A stretch of 64,000 nt of DNA, from NCBI GenBank assembly GCA_964402695.1, contig CAYODK010000004.1:7676-71675 (forward strand), read 5' to 3'. Shown here in pieces: positions 1 to 8,887 of this stretch (within the stretch, counting starts at the first letter, position 1; the number at the start of each line of letters is the position of its first letter). Under the pieces are notes generated by a model. It was not told where the DNA came from, did no database searches, and saw only the letters and a program-made list of their open reading frames with translations. This DNA comes from an uncultured Verrucomicrobiota bacterium. Its GTDB lineage: Bacteria > Verrucomicrobiota > Kiritimatiellia > PWTM01. The translations under genes and the position numbers were made by a program.

Positions 1-1
1 C

Positions 2-787
2 TTCGTCGAGTGGTCCGCCGCGAACAAGTTCGTGCAGGACGTGAACTACCCCTCGAGCATGCTCTACGCCGGCATGCTCGACGCCGCGGCGCGGGTGTAC
101 GGCCTGCCCGACCTGTCCGCCAAGGCGGGGCGGATCCGCGAGACGATCCGCAAGCAGTCGTTCGACGGCGAGTTCTTCGTCGACAACGCGGTTCGCAAGG
201 ACGGCAGGCTGGAGGTCACGCGCAACCGGACCGAGGTCTGCCAGTACTTCGCCTTCTTCTTCGGCGTCGCCACGCCGGAGACGCATCCGAAGCTCTGGGC
301 GACGCTCGCGACCGACTTCGGTCCGCAGCGCAGGGAGACGAAAGCGCACCCGGAGATCCACCCGGCGAACGCGTTCATCGGGAACCAACTCCGGTTCGAG
401 CTGCTCTCCCGCGACGGGCGCAGCCGGCAGATCCTCGACGAGGCGATCGGCTACTGGCTCTACATGGCCGACCGCACCGGCACGCTGTGGGAGCACGACG
501 CGCCGCAGGCGAGCTGCAACCACGGCTTCGCCTCCCACGCCGCGCACGTGCTGCTGCGCGACGTCCTCGGCCTGCGCCGCGTCGACCCGGTGGGCCGGCG
601 GCTGGAGGTCTGCTTCGCCGATGTGACGCTCGAGTCCTGCAAGGGCTCCGTGCCGACGGCGGACGGTCCGGTCGCGCTGGAGTGGCGCAAGGCGGGCGAC
701 AAGCTCCTCTACAAGCTCGCCACCCCCGCCGGCTGGAAGGTCGAGATCGCCAACCGCAGCGGGAGGTCGCTCGCGGCGGCGGACTGA
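2..787 (+). CDS. Alpha-L-rhamnosidase (GH78-like) C-terminal part, truncated by the window start
   Basis: Open frame from position 2 (FVEWSAANKF...). Contains GTLWEH...SCNHGFASH, typical of the GH78 (alpha/alpha)6 C-terminus, followed by a beta-sandwich with a PT.dGP.alEW motif. Confidence 0.75.
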   Translation, partial: FVEWSAANKFVQDVNYPSSMLYAGMLDAAARVYGLPDLSAKAGRIRETIRKQSFDGEFFVDNAVRKDGRLEVTRNRTEVCQYFAFFFGVATPETHPKLWATLATDFGPQRRETKAHPEIHPANAFIGNQLRFELLSRDGRSRQILDEAIGYWLYMADRTGTLWEHDAPQASCNHGFASHAAHVLLRDVLGLRRVDPVGRRLEVCFADVTLESCKGSVPTADGPVALEWRKAGDKLLYKLATPAGWKVEIANRSGRSLAAAD

Positions 788-795
788 CCACCGCA

Positions 796-1038
796 ATGAT
801 CGGACTGGCGGCGGTGCCGCTGCTGTTCATGCCGGGGCTGTACCGCGTGCTGAGCGAATGGGTCGCTGCGGAGGCCGGCCTGGTCTGTCCGGAATGCAAC
901 CGCCCGATCGCCTCCGGGGAAGACTGGAGGATCTGCCTCGATACCCGGATGTGCCCGCACTGCGGTCGGGTCATTGTCGCTGGGACATCTGTGCCTGAGC
1001 CGAAGACGAAGCGGCTGAACCGGCGCGCGCGGGGGTGA
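796..1038 (+). CDS. Small hypothetical protein (hydrophobic N-terminus, CxxC-CxxC zinc ribbon), possibly a gene fragment
   Basis: MIGLAAVPLLFMPGLY...CPEC...CPHC; no clear RBS. Confidence 0.4.
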   Translation: MIGLAAVPLLFMPGLYRVLSEWVAAEAGLVCPECNRPIASGEDWRICLDTRMCPHCGRVIVAGTSVPEPKTKRLNRRARG

Positions 1039-1076
1039 GGATGGGTTCGCGAAGCGGCGTCCCGGTGGCGTGGCGG

Positions 1077-1123
1077 TTCCAAGACTTGGAAGCCCGCTCC
1101 GAAGCGGCTTCCAAGGGTGGGAA
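1077..1123. repeat. Doublet of 15-bp palindromes TTCCAA-N3-TTGGAA with a 17-bp spacer (copy 1)
   Basis: TTCCAAGACTTGGAA at 1077-1091 and TTCCAAGGGTGGGAA at 1109-1123. Confidence 0.8.
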
Positions 1124-1230
1124 CTTGCGGGTGTCTTGGCCGGCGGAGGGTTTGGATGGTCGCGCGGCGCGGTCTTGTTGCGGGGGCGGGTGGTTTTCGG
1201 TCTCCTGATGGCGTGTCCCGATTTGGGCTC

Positions 1231-1253
1231 CCCACCGGGACAAGCCCGGTGGG
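1231..1253. repeat. REP-like hairpin CCCACCGGG-ACAAG-CCCGGTGGG
   Basis: Perfect 9-bp inverted repeat in the intergenic region. Confidence 0.6.
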
Positions 1254-1327
1254 ACCGCCAACAGCAACGGACCGGACAGCCCCGATGCGCTCGCCAAGCG
1301 CAGCGACGTGAACAAGGCCGGCTTGGC

Positions 1328-1352
1328 GGGCAGGCAGGAGTGCCTGTTCCAC
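1328..1352. repeat. REP-like family A (GGGCAGRCAGGAGTGYCTG...CAC), copy 1
   Basis: GGGCAGGCAGGAGTGCCTGTTCCAC; related copies at 4951, 14983 and 16321, plus a half copy at 7598. Confidence 0.75.
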
Positions 1353-1400
1353 AGTCGGACAGGATTGCGCCGCGGCGGGGCGATGGCCTAGCCTGTCGGC

Positions 1401-4400
1401 ATGAACCGGACACTGCGTCGGTGGGTCGTCGCCGCAGGCTGCGCGGCGGCGGCGGGGTGGGGGGGGCGTGCGCCGGGGGCGCCGCCCACGGAGGGCATCA
1501 TCCACGAGGCCGAGGACATCGCCCGCCCGGCGGACGCGTGGCGGCGCGACCAGGGATCGGCCGACCGCTGGATGCTCTGGACGCGCGAGGCCGACATCGA
1601 GAAGAAGCGCTCGCGCGGCGCCGTGATGGCGTCGCCGTCCGTCGCGAAGGACCGCGCCTCTCCCGCCGAGGGCGCACCGCCGCTGCACTGCGTGGTCACC
1701 AATCTCGCGCCGGGCCCGTACCGCGTCGTCCTCAGCGGGCCGGGTCGTCCGCTGGCCTACTCGCCGGACGGCGCGTCGTGGGTGCGCTACCAGGGCGGCG
1801 AACTGACTCTCGGCCCCGTGGACCTGCCCGACGGCCGCTTCGAGATCTGGATCGACGACCGGTACGCCCATCCGCCCGGCAACCCCGGCCCCGGCTACTT
1901 CGACTACATCCGTTTCCTGCCGATGTCGCGCGAGGAGTTCCGCGCCAGCGGGCCGCGTCCGCTGCTGCCGCCGCCGCTGGAGTTCCGCGACTTCGCCGCG
2001 TGGTGCACCCGGAGCGGCGCCGTCAGCCTCTGCTGGACCACGTCGCGCGCGGTCGAGGGGCAGCGGCTGACGTGCACCTCCGGCGATGGCCAGACGCGCG
2101 AATTCGCGGTTGCGGGCGGCCCCGACCGCAACCACCGCGTCCTGCTCGACGGTCTGGCCCCGGTCCGCGAGTACCGGGCGCGAGTCGCGGTCGACGACGC
2201 CGGCCGCCCCGCCGAGTCGGAGCCGTTCGCCTTCCACGCCGCGCCGCCGCGTCCGCCGCCGACCGTTGCGCTGTCGATCCCGCTCGCCGTGCCCGAGCCG
2301 ACGCCCGCGCCACGCGGCCGCGCGCCGGCCGTGGTGGGCATGCCCTTCGCGCGCGGGACGCTGGCGCAGCCCGGCGACCTGCGGCTCCTCGACGCGGGTG
2401 GCGCGGAGACGCCGCTGCAGGCGGAGGCGTTCTCGCGCTGGTCCGACGGTTCCGTGAAGCTCGCGACGCTGTCGTTCCCCGTGGACGCTCCGACCGGCGC
2501 GGCGACGGTCTGCCGGCTCGAGACGCGCCCCGGCGGCGGCACGGGCGCGGCGTCCGGCCGCGACACTGTCCGCATCGAAGAGACCGCCGACGCATGGCTC
2601 GTCCGCGGCGAGGGGCTGCAGTTCGACCTCGGGAAGAAGGTCCCCGCGCTGTTCGACAACGTCGGCTTCGACCGCAACCGCGACAGCACCGTTTCCGCCG
2701 CCGAGCGCGTGGCGGCGGCGCCGCGGCTCGCGAACCTGCGGTTGCAGACGGCGGACGACGCCAACCTCACGTGCGGCGCGCCCGAGCGGTTCGAGGTCGA
2801 GTGCAACGGACCCGTGCGCGCGGTGCTGCGCTGGTCGGGCCCGCTCGTCGACGAGGCGGGCCGGCCCGGCTGGGCCTACGTGATCCGCGCGACGCTCTTC
2901 GCCGGCATCCCGGAGATGCGCTTCGATGTGACGGTCATCAACGACAACCCGGAGCCGAAATACCGCGAGATCAAGTCGCTGGCGCTCCGCGTTCCGGTCG
3001 AGGGGGAGGGCGGGGTCCGCGGCGCGCTGGGCGGACGGGCGCCCGTCCCGGTCGGGCACGCCGACGGCATCTGGGTGCTGCAGCAGGACGAGCGACACGT
3101 GCGCCTGTGGGATGCCGGGGCGCCGGTCGAGCGGGTCGAGCCCGGTGTGGCCGTCGCGGTCGACGCGAAGGCACGGGTCATGGTCGCGATGCGCGACTTC
3201 CGCGAGGCCTATCCCTCCGGCTTCGCCGTAAAGCCCGACGGCCTGCACGTGCGCCTGCTGCCGCCGCTGCCCGGCGACGCCTATGACGATGCGAACGCGC
3301 TGGAGCGGCTGCGGCTCTTCGGCTGGTGCCGCGGCGGGCGTTACGTGGTCAAGGCCGGGCAGGCGATCCGCAAGGAGATCGTCGTCCGCTATGGCGCGGC
3401 CGACGACGCCACCGATCCGGCGGCCTTCGCCGGCTGGGCCGGCGCCGCGCTGGTGCCGCAGGCGCCGCCGGCCCACCTGTGCGGCAGCGGGCTCCTGTCG
3501 CGGCGGATCTTCCCGCGGACGCCCGGGCTCTGGGACGCCTACGAGCGGTCCTTCGAGGCCGGCTTCCGCGCGAGCTTGGAGGACCGCGAGAAGCAGCGGA
3601 CGTGGGGCTGGATGCACTTCGGCGACTGGTTCGGCGAGCGGCTGCTGAACTACGGCAACAACGAGTACGACATGGCGTGGGCGATGGCGCTGCAGTGGGC
3701 GCGCACGGGCGACCGGCGGCTTCTTGACCGCGGCATCGAGATGGCGCGGCACCACAGCACGGTCGACACGGTCCACGGCCGCTTCTCCGACGCCTGGAAC
3801 GGGCTGGTCTACGAGCACAGCTTCAACCACGTCGGCCTCGAGGTCCCGCGCGACGATCCGCGGCTCAAGGAGGGGCTGCTGGCGAAGTACGTGGCGGAAT
3901 ACGGCGCCGGCATGCTCGGCGGCGCGATCGACCGGCAGGGGCATGTGTTCCAGCCCGGCAACTGGATCTGCGCCGCGCTGACCGGCGACGGCTGGTTGCG
4001 CGAGGTGGCGACGCGCGTGTGCGACAACCAGGCCGCGCGCCTGACGCCGGCCTTCGACTTCAGCATCGAGCGCGCCGGCGGCTGGCCCATCATCAACATG
4101 GCGATGGCGTACCACTACAGCGGCGACCCGTACTACCTGAACGCGGCGCGCATCATGGTCGATCGGGCGCTGGAGCGGCAGGATCCCGTCAGTGGCGGCT
4201 GGCTGCACCGGCACGCGGGCGGCGAGTCCGGCGGCGAGACGGGCATGGGCGGCAAGGCCTTCGCCGTGGCGATCCTCTCGCACGGCCTGCTCCGCTACCT
4301 CGAGCAGGAGCCGCGCCCGCACCCGGACGTCGAGCACATGCTCGTGCGCGGCGCCGATTTCCTGCGCGACCACGCGTGGGTTCCCGGCAAGGGCTTCCGC

Positions 4401-4670
4401 TACATCAGCCACCTGAAGTACCACGCGGACAAGCCGCGCCGCGGCGCCACGGAGGGCATGAACGCCGAACTGGTCGCCTTCGCGTACGAGAAGACGCGCG
4501 ATCCGAAGTACCTGGAGTTGCTGACCGACATGCTCGCCGGCCACTTCGACAAGCCGCCCAGCGGGAACGGCAAGTCGTTCAGCCAGTCCGTGCGCCAGAC
4601 GGTCTTCGGCCTGGACCGGATGACCGATGCAACATTCAACAGCCAACCTCCAATCTCCAAGATCCAATGA
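1401..4670 (+). CDS. Large secreted multidomain protein: jelly-roll (EAED) module, FN3-like module, RIFT-barrel and alpha/alpha toroid, YetA/PcRGLX (PL26)-like
   Basis: Signal peptide; VVGMPFARGTL...LRLLD...PLQAEAFSRWSDGSVK is typical of the RIFT barrel; WGWMHFGDW...GNNEYD and HSTVD occur in the toroid region. Confidence 0.65.
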   Translation: MNRTLRRWVVAAGCAAAAGWGGRAPGAPPTEGIIHEAEDIARPADAWRRDQGSADRWMLWTREADIEKKRSRGAVMASPSVAKDRASPAEGAPPLHCVVTNLAPGPYRVVLSGPGRPLAYSPDGASWVRYQGGELTLGPVDLPDGRFEIWIDDRYAHPPGNPGPGYFDYIRFLPMSREEFRASGPRPLLPPPLEFRDFAAWCTRSGAVSLCWTTSRAVEGQRLTCTSGDGQTREFAVAGGPDRNHRVLLDGLAPVREYRARVAVDDAGRPAESEPFAFHAAPPRPPPTVALSIPLAVPEPTPAPRGRAPAVVGMPFARGTLAQPGDLRLLDAGGAETPLQAEAFSRWSDGSVKLATLSFPVDAPTGAATVCRLETRPGGGTGAASGRDTVRIEETADAWLVRGEGLQFDLGKKVPALFDNVGFDRNRDSTVSAAERVAAAPRLANLRLQTADDANLTCGAPERFEVECNGPVRAVLRWSGPLVDEAGRPGWAYVIRATLFAGIPEMRFDVTVINDNPEPKYREIKSLALRVPVEGEGGVRGALGGRAPVPVGHADGIWVLQQDERHVRLWDAGAPVERVEPGVAVAVDAKARVMVAMRDFREAYPSGFAVKPDGLHVRLLPPLPGDAYDDANALERLRLFGWCRGGRYVVKAGQAIRKEIVVRYGAADDATDPAAFAGWAGAALVPQAPPAHLCGSGLLSRRIFPRTPGLWDAYERSFEAGFRASLEDREKQRTWGWMHFGDWFGERLLNYGNNEYDMAWAMALQWARTGDRRLLDRGIEMARHHSTVDTVHGRFSDAWNGLVYEHSFNHVGLEVPRDDPRLKEGLLAKYVAEYGAGMLGGAIDRQGHVFQPGNWICAALTGDGWLREVATRVCDNQAARLTPAFDFSIERAGGWPIINMAMAYHYSGDPYYLNAARIMVDRALERQDPVSGGWLHRHAGGESGGETGMGGKAFAVAILSHGLLRYLEQEPRPHPDVEHMLVRGADFLRDHAWVPGKGFRYISHLKYHADKPRRGATEGMNAELVAFAYEKTRDPKYLELLTDMLAGHFDKPPSGNGKSFSQSVRQTVFGLDRMTDATFNSQPPISKIQ

Positions 4671-4975
4671 TGGAGGGCCGAGCTACGCGAGGCCGGGAGA
4701 GATGATTCTCCGCGGGCGTGGCGTTCGGGCTCGCGGTAGCTCGCCCCTCCAACACGCGACGATCGGACGTGCGTTCCGGCCGGCCTTCGTAGAAGCGGCG
4801 CCCTCGCCGCTTCCTTCGGGGATCCCCCTGCACGCGGCGGGGGCGCCGCGTCTACGGCATTCCGCCGTTGGATGTTCGATGTTGGGTGTTGGTTGTTGGA
4901 TGTTGCTCCTGGCCTTCGCGTCCTTTGCGTCTTTGTGTCGTCCCTCCTTAGGGGCAGACAGAGTGTCTGCCCCAC
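4630..4975. repeat. Mosaic intergenic repeat nest (BIME-like): inverted heptamer tracts, two inverted REP doublets and a family A REP
   Basis: CAANNNN x5 at 4630-4667 versus TTGNNNN x5 at 4868-4905; TGGAGGG-type REP pair at 4671-4695 and 4727-4751; GTAG-type pair at 4789-4813 and 4832-4855; GGGGCAGACAGAGTGTCTGCCCCAC at 4951-4975. Confidence 0.8.
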
Positions 4976-5034
4976 GGGGTCGATGCAGGGCGGCGGCGGT
5001 GCTAAACTGGCGACTTTCGCGGAGGAGACGGATC

Positions 5035-7563
5035 ATGAAGCGGACGTGGATGGGCATCGGGCTGGCGGCGTACGTGGCGGCGGGGGCGGCGCAGGGCGCG
5101 GGGCTGGCGAGGGTCGACCTCGGCGGCGCGTGGGAGGTTTCGGCGGCGGGCAGCAACGACTGGATCGCCGCGACGGTGCCGGGCTGCGTCCACACGGACC
5201 TGCTCGCGGCAAAGCGCATTCCGGATCCGTTCTTTCGCGACAACGAGTCGCGCGTGCAGTGGGTGAGCGATCTGGCGTGGATCTACCGGCGGGTGTTCAC
5301 CGTCGCGCCGGAGTTCCTCGCGAACGAGCACGTCCTGCTCCGGTGCGAAGGGCTCGACACGCTCGCCGCGATCCGCGTCAACGGGGCCGACGTCGCGCGG
5401 ACCGACAACATGTTCCGGACCTGGGAATTCGACGTGAAGAAGCTCCTCAAGGCCGGGGAGAACCGGATCGAGGTCACGTTCGGCTCCGTCCTGCCGCTGA
5501 TCCGCGCGAAGGAGAAGGAGCGTCCGCTGCCGACCTGGGCCTATCCCGGCGCCGCGTACGTCCGCAAGATGCCGTGCAACTTCGGCTGGGACTGGGGTCC
5601 GACGCTGATCACGTGCGGCATCTGGCGCCCGGTCTCGCTCGTCGGCTTCGGCCCGGCGCGCATCGGCGACGTGCTGATCCTGCAGGACCACGCCACGCCC
5701 GGCCGCGTCGGCCTGACCGTGCGCGTCGAGGCGGGCCCCGCGGCCGGCGGCCTCAAGGCCCGCATCGCGGTCACCGGCCCTGGCGGCGCTGCGGGTCCGT
5801 CCGCCGAATGCGCGCTGGCTGGCGGCAAGGGCGAGGCGGCGCTTGCGATCGACAAGGCGGAGCTGTGGTGGCCCGCCGGGATGGGGAAGCAACCGCTCTA
5901 CACCGTCGCGGTCGAACTGCTCGGCGCGGACGGGAAGCCGATCGATGCGACCTCGCGCCGGATCGGCCTGCGCACGATGAAGGCGGTCGAGAAGGCCGGC
6001 GACGAGCCGATGCACTTCGTCGTCAACGGCGTGCCGTTCTTCTCCAAGGGCGGCAACTGGATCCCGGCGGACTCGTTCCTCAACCGCGTGAACAAGGACC
6101 TCTATCGCCGTTTCGTCGAGGATGCCGTCGCGGTGAACATGAACTCGCTGCGATTCTGGGGCGGCGGGGCCTACGAGGACGACGAGCTGTTTGACCTGTG
6201 CGACGAATACGGCATCTGCATCTGGATGGACTTCAAGTTCTCCTGCACGACCTATCCGAGCTTCGACGACGCGTTCCTCGCGAGCGTCCGCGCCGAGGCC
6301 CGCGACAACCTGCGCCGCCTGCGCCACCACCCGTCCATCGCCCTCTGGTGCGGCAACAACGAGATCATGTTCTTCCGCGGCAAGGAGACGTGGACCGACA
6401 AGAAGATGAGCGAGGGCGACTACTACAAGCTCTTCCGCGACGCGCTCGGCACCGAGACGAAGGCCCTCGCGCCGCAGGCCGACTACGTCACCGGCTCGCC
6501 CGACTGCGGCGACGTGCACTTCTGGGAGGTCTGGCACGGCGGCAAGCCGTTCGACGTCTACCGCAACATCCACGGCTTCGTCAGCGAGTTCGGCTTCCAG
6601 GCGTGGCCCGTCCCGCGCACGGTCGAGAGCTTCACCGCGCCCGAGGACCGCGCCGACGTGTATTCGCCGGTCGTGAAGTACCACATGCGGTCGAACCGGA
6701 TGTACATGGATGCGAAGGAGGACGGAAAGATCGGCACCGACAAGATCCTCAACATCGTGCGGATGTACTTCGGCGAGCCGAAGGACTTCGAAAGCGCGCT
6801 GTGGCTCAGCCAGATCACGCAGGCCTACGGCATCGAGTTCGGCGCCCGCGGCTGGCGCGCCGAGATGCCGAAGTCGATGGGCTGCGTCTACTGGCAGTAC
6901 AACGACACGTGGCCCGGCACGTCGTGGTCGTCGGTCGACTACTTCGGCCGCTGGAAGGCGCTGCACTACCGCGCGCGCCATTTCTACGCGCCGGTGATTC
7001 TCTCCGGCATGCCCGACGCGGCGAAAGGGACGGTCGATCTCGTCGCGACCAGCGACCTCGGCGAGCCCTGCGAGGCGGTTCTCTCGTGGCGCGCGACCGA
7101 CGCGGCGGGCCGCGTGGTGCAGGCCGGCCAGAACGCGAAGGTCACAATCCCGGTGCGCCGCGGCGAACGCGTCACGACACTCGATGTGAAGTCCCTGCTC
7201 AAGGAGCACGGGGCGACCAACGTCCTCGTGTGGACATCCCTCAAGATCGACGGCAAGCCGGCCTCCGACGATCTCGTCTGGTTCGCGAAGCCGAAGGAGA
7301 TCCCGCTGGCCGACCCGGAACTCGCCGTGGACGTGACGGGCGGCGGCGCGGACTACACGGTCACGATCAAGGCGGCGAAGCCGGCGCTCTACGCGTGGCT
7401 CGACGTCGCCGGCTGCGAAGCGCGCTTCTCGGACAACTTCATCCACATCGCCCCCGGTGCGCCTGCGACGATCACCGTCCGCCTCGACCGCCCGATGCCG
7501 CGCGACGAGTTCGCCCGCGCGCTGAAGGCGCGGAGCCTGGTCGGCACCCTGAAGCGGCCGTGA
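5035..7563 (+). CDS. Beta-mannosidase (GH2), secreted
   Basis: RBS GGAGGAG at 5021; signal peptide; RKMPCNFGWDWGP, KGGNWIP, LRFWGGG, WCGNNE, FVSEFGFQ and WQYNDTWP motifs. Confidence 0.92.
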   Translation: MKRTWMGIGLAAYVAAGAAQGAGLARVDLGGAWEVSAAGSNDWIAATVPGCVHTDLLAAKRIPDPFFRDNESRVQWVSDLAWIYRRVFTVAPEFLANEHVLLRCEGLDTLAAIRVNGADVARTDNMFRTWEFDVKKLLKAGENRIEVTFGSVLPLIRAKEKERPLPTWAYPGAAYVRKMPCNFGWDWGPTLITCGIWRPVSLVGFGPARIGDVLILQDHATPGRVGLTVRVEAGPAAGGLKARIAVTGPGGAAGPSAECALAGGKGEAALAIDKAELWWPAGMGKQPLYTVAVELLGADGKPIDATSRRIGLRTMKAVEKAGDEPMHFVVNGVPFFSKGGNWIPADSFLNRVNKDLYRRFVEDAVAVNMNSLRFWGGGAYEDDELFDLCDEYGICIWMDFKFSCTTYPSFDDAFLASVRAEARDNLRRLRHHPSIALWCGNNEIMFFRGKETWTDKKMSEGDYYKLFRDALGTETKALAPQADYVTGSPDCGDVHFWEVWHGGKPFDVYRNIHGFVSEFGFQAWPVPRTVESFTAPEDRADVYSPVVKYHMRSNRMYMDAKEDGKIGTDKILNIVRMYFGEPKDFESALWLSQITQAYGIEFGARGWRAEMPKSMGCVYWQYNDTWPGTSWSSVDYFGRWKALHYRARHFYAPVILSGMPDAAKGTVDLVATSDLGEPCEAVLSWRATDAAGRVVQAGQNAKVTIPVRRGERVTTLDVKSLLKEHGATNVLVWTSLKIDGKPASDDLVWFAKPKEIPLADPELAVDVTGGGADYTVTIKAAKPALYAWLDVAGCEARFSDNFIHIAPGAPATITVRLDRPMPRDEFARALKARSLVGTLKRP

Positions 7564-7676
7564 GGAGAATCTCGCCGCCGCCCATTTCGACCTGCTCGTG
7601 GGGGCAGACACGCCGGGGGGTTACTCCCTCTGCTGGGGGCGATCGGGACGGCATCGCGGAGCGCGGGAAGGATGAC

Positions 7677-7712
7677 TTGACGAACGAGTCGTCATTTGTC
7701 ATGAATAATGAC
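7677..7712 (+). promoter_or_regulatory. Possible promoter/operator upstream of the ATPase gene
   Basis: TTGACG -35-like hexamer inside an AT-richer patch with ATGAC/GTCAT inverted repeats; spacing to the best -10 is non-canonical. Confidence 0.25.
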
Positions 7713-7728
7713 GATACGTTCGACGCCG

Positions 7729-8883
7729 ATGGAGCTGACACAGCCACCGTTCGTTTCGCGCCGGTTGGACCTGAAAGGGCTTCTCCGGCAGAAGTCCCAT
7801 TTCCTGCTGGGTCCACGCCAGACGGGGAAGAGCTTCCTGATTCGGCACACCCTTGGCGATGCGCGGGTCTACAACCTCCTCGACACGGAGACCTTCCTTC
7901 TTCTGAGCCAGCGGCCCGCGCGATTGGGCGAGGAACTGGTTTCAGGCGAGACCGAGATCGTCATCGACGAGATCCAGCGGTTGCCGGACCTCCTGAACGA
8001 GGTGCATCGCCTGATCGAGGAGAGGGGCGTCCGCTTCCTGCTGACCGGCTCCAGTGCCCGCAAGCTGCGGAAGGGAGGCGTGAACCTGTTGGGCGGGCGC
8101 GCCCGGACCAGGCACCTGCATCCCTTCGTGTACGCTGAACTGGGCAGGCGATTCGACCTCCATCGGGCGCTCCATGCCGGGCTGCTGCCGGGCATCTACT
8201 TCTCGGACGACGCCGACGCGGACCTCGCCGCCTATGCCGGAACCTACCTGCAGGAGGAGGTCGTCGCCGAGGGTGCCATGAGGAATGTGCCGGCGTTCAG
8301 TCGGTTCCTGCGCATCGCGGCCCTCTGCAACGCGCGGATCGCGAACTTCACGAACATCGGCAGCGATGCGCAGGTCCCGCGCACGACGATCTACGAGTAT
8401 TTCGACATCCTGAAAGATACGCTGCTCGTGCGGGAGCTGCCGGCATGGAAGGCGAGCCGGAAGAGGAAGCCGATTGTGTCGTCCAAGTACTATTTCACCG
8501 ATGTCGGAGTTGCGCGCGTTCTCCAAGGGCGGCGGTATGCCCCGGGGACGGCGGAATACGGGGATGCCGTCGAGACTTATGTCATGCACGAACTGAGCTC
8601 GTGGATCGACTATGGCGCGTCCCAGCCGTTGGCCTTCTGGCGGTCCACGTCGGGTTTCGAGGTCGACTTCGTGATCGGCGACCACACCGCGGTCGAGGTC
8701 AAGGCCCGGACGTCGGTCTCATTGAATGACCTCAAGGGTCTTCACGCCCTGGCCGAGGAGTCCCTGCTGCGCCGGTACATCTGCGTTTCGCTCGAGCCTC
8801 GTCCCCGTCGGGTCGGCGGATGCGACATCCTCCCCCTGACAGAGTTCCTCGATCGCCTTTGGTCGGGCGCGTATCGCGCATGA
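7729..8883 (+). CDS. AAA+ ATPase (AAA_14) with a C-terminal DUF4143 / PD-(D/E)XK-like domain
   Basis: Walker A GPRQTGKS, Walker B IVIDEIQ, LTGSSA, and C-terminal FWRSTSGFEVDFVIG...VEVKA; start could be 7708 or 7729. Confidence 0.9.
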   Translation: MELTQPPFVSRRLDLKGLLRQKSHFLLGPRQTGKSFLIRHTLGDARVYNLLDTETFLLLSQRPARLGEELVSGETEIVIDEIQRLPDLLNEVHRLIEERGVRFLLTGSSARKLRKGGVNLLGGRARTRHLHPFVYAELGRRFDLHRALHAGLLPGIYFSDDADADLAAYAGTYLQEEVVAEGAMRNVPAFSRFLRIAALCNARIANFTNIGSDAQVPRTTIYEYFDILKDTLLVRELPAWKASRKRKPIVSSKYYFTDVGVARVLQGRRYAPGTAEYGDAVETYVMHELSSWIDYGASQPLAFWRSTSGFEVDFVIGDHTAVEVKARTSVSLNDLKGLHALAEESLLRRYICVSLEPRPRRVGGCDILPLTEFLDRLWSGAYRA

Positions 8884-8887
8884 TCGT

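Noticed and set aside
375-4667. Very long minus-strand ORFs (also 5002-7611, 35041-38343, 38357-42892, 52803-55979 and others)
   Set aside because: Antisense shadows of real + strand genes caused by high GC3; they contain no recognisable motifs.
4627-5034. N-terminal extensions in the ORF track (GH2 from 4627; likewise 13955, 15627, 16676, 19890, 28947, 34585)
   Set aside because: They run through repeats or the previous gene; better starts with an RBS or ATGA coupling and signal peptides lie downstream.
7729-8883. Toxin-antitoxin or multi-gene defence system around the ATPase
   Set aside because: No partner ORF is adjacent; the flanks are a GH2 and an oxidoreductase.
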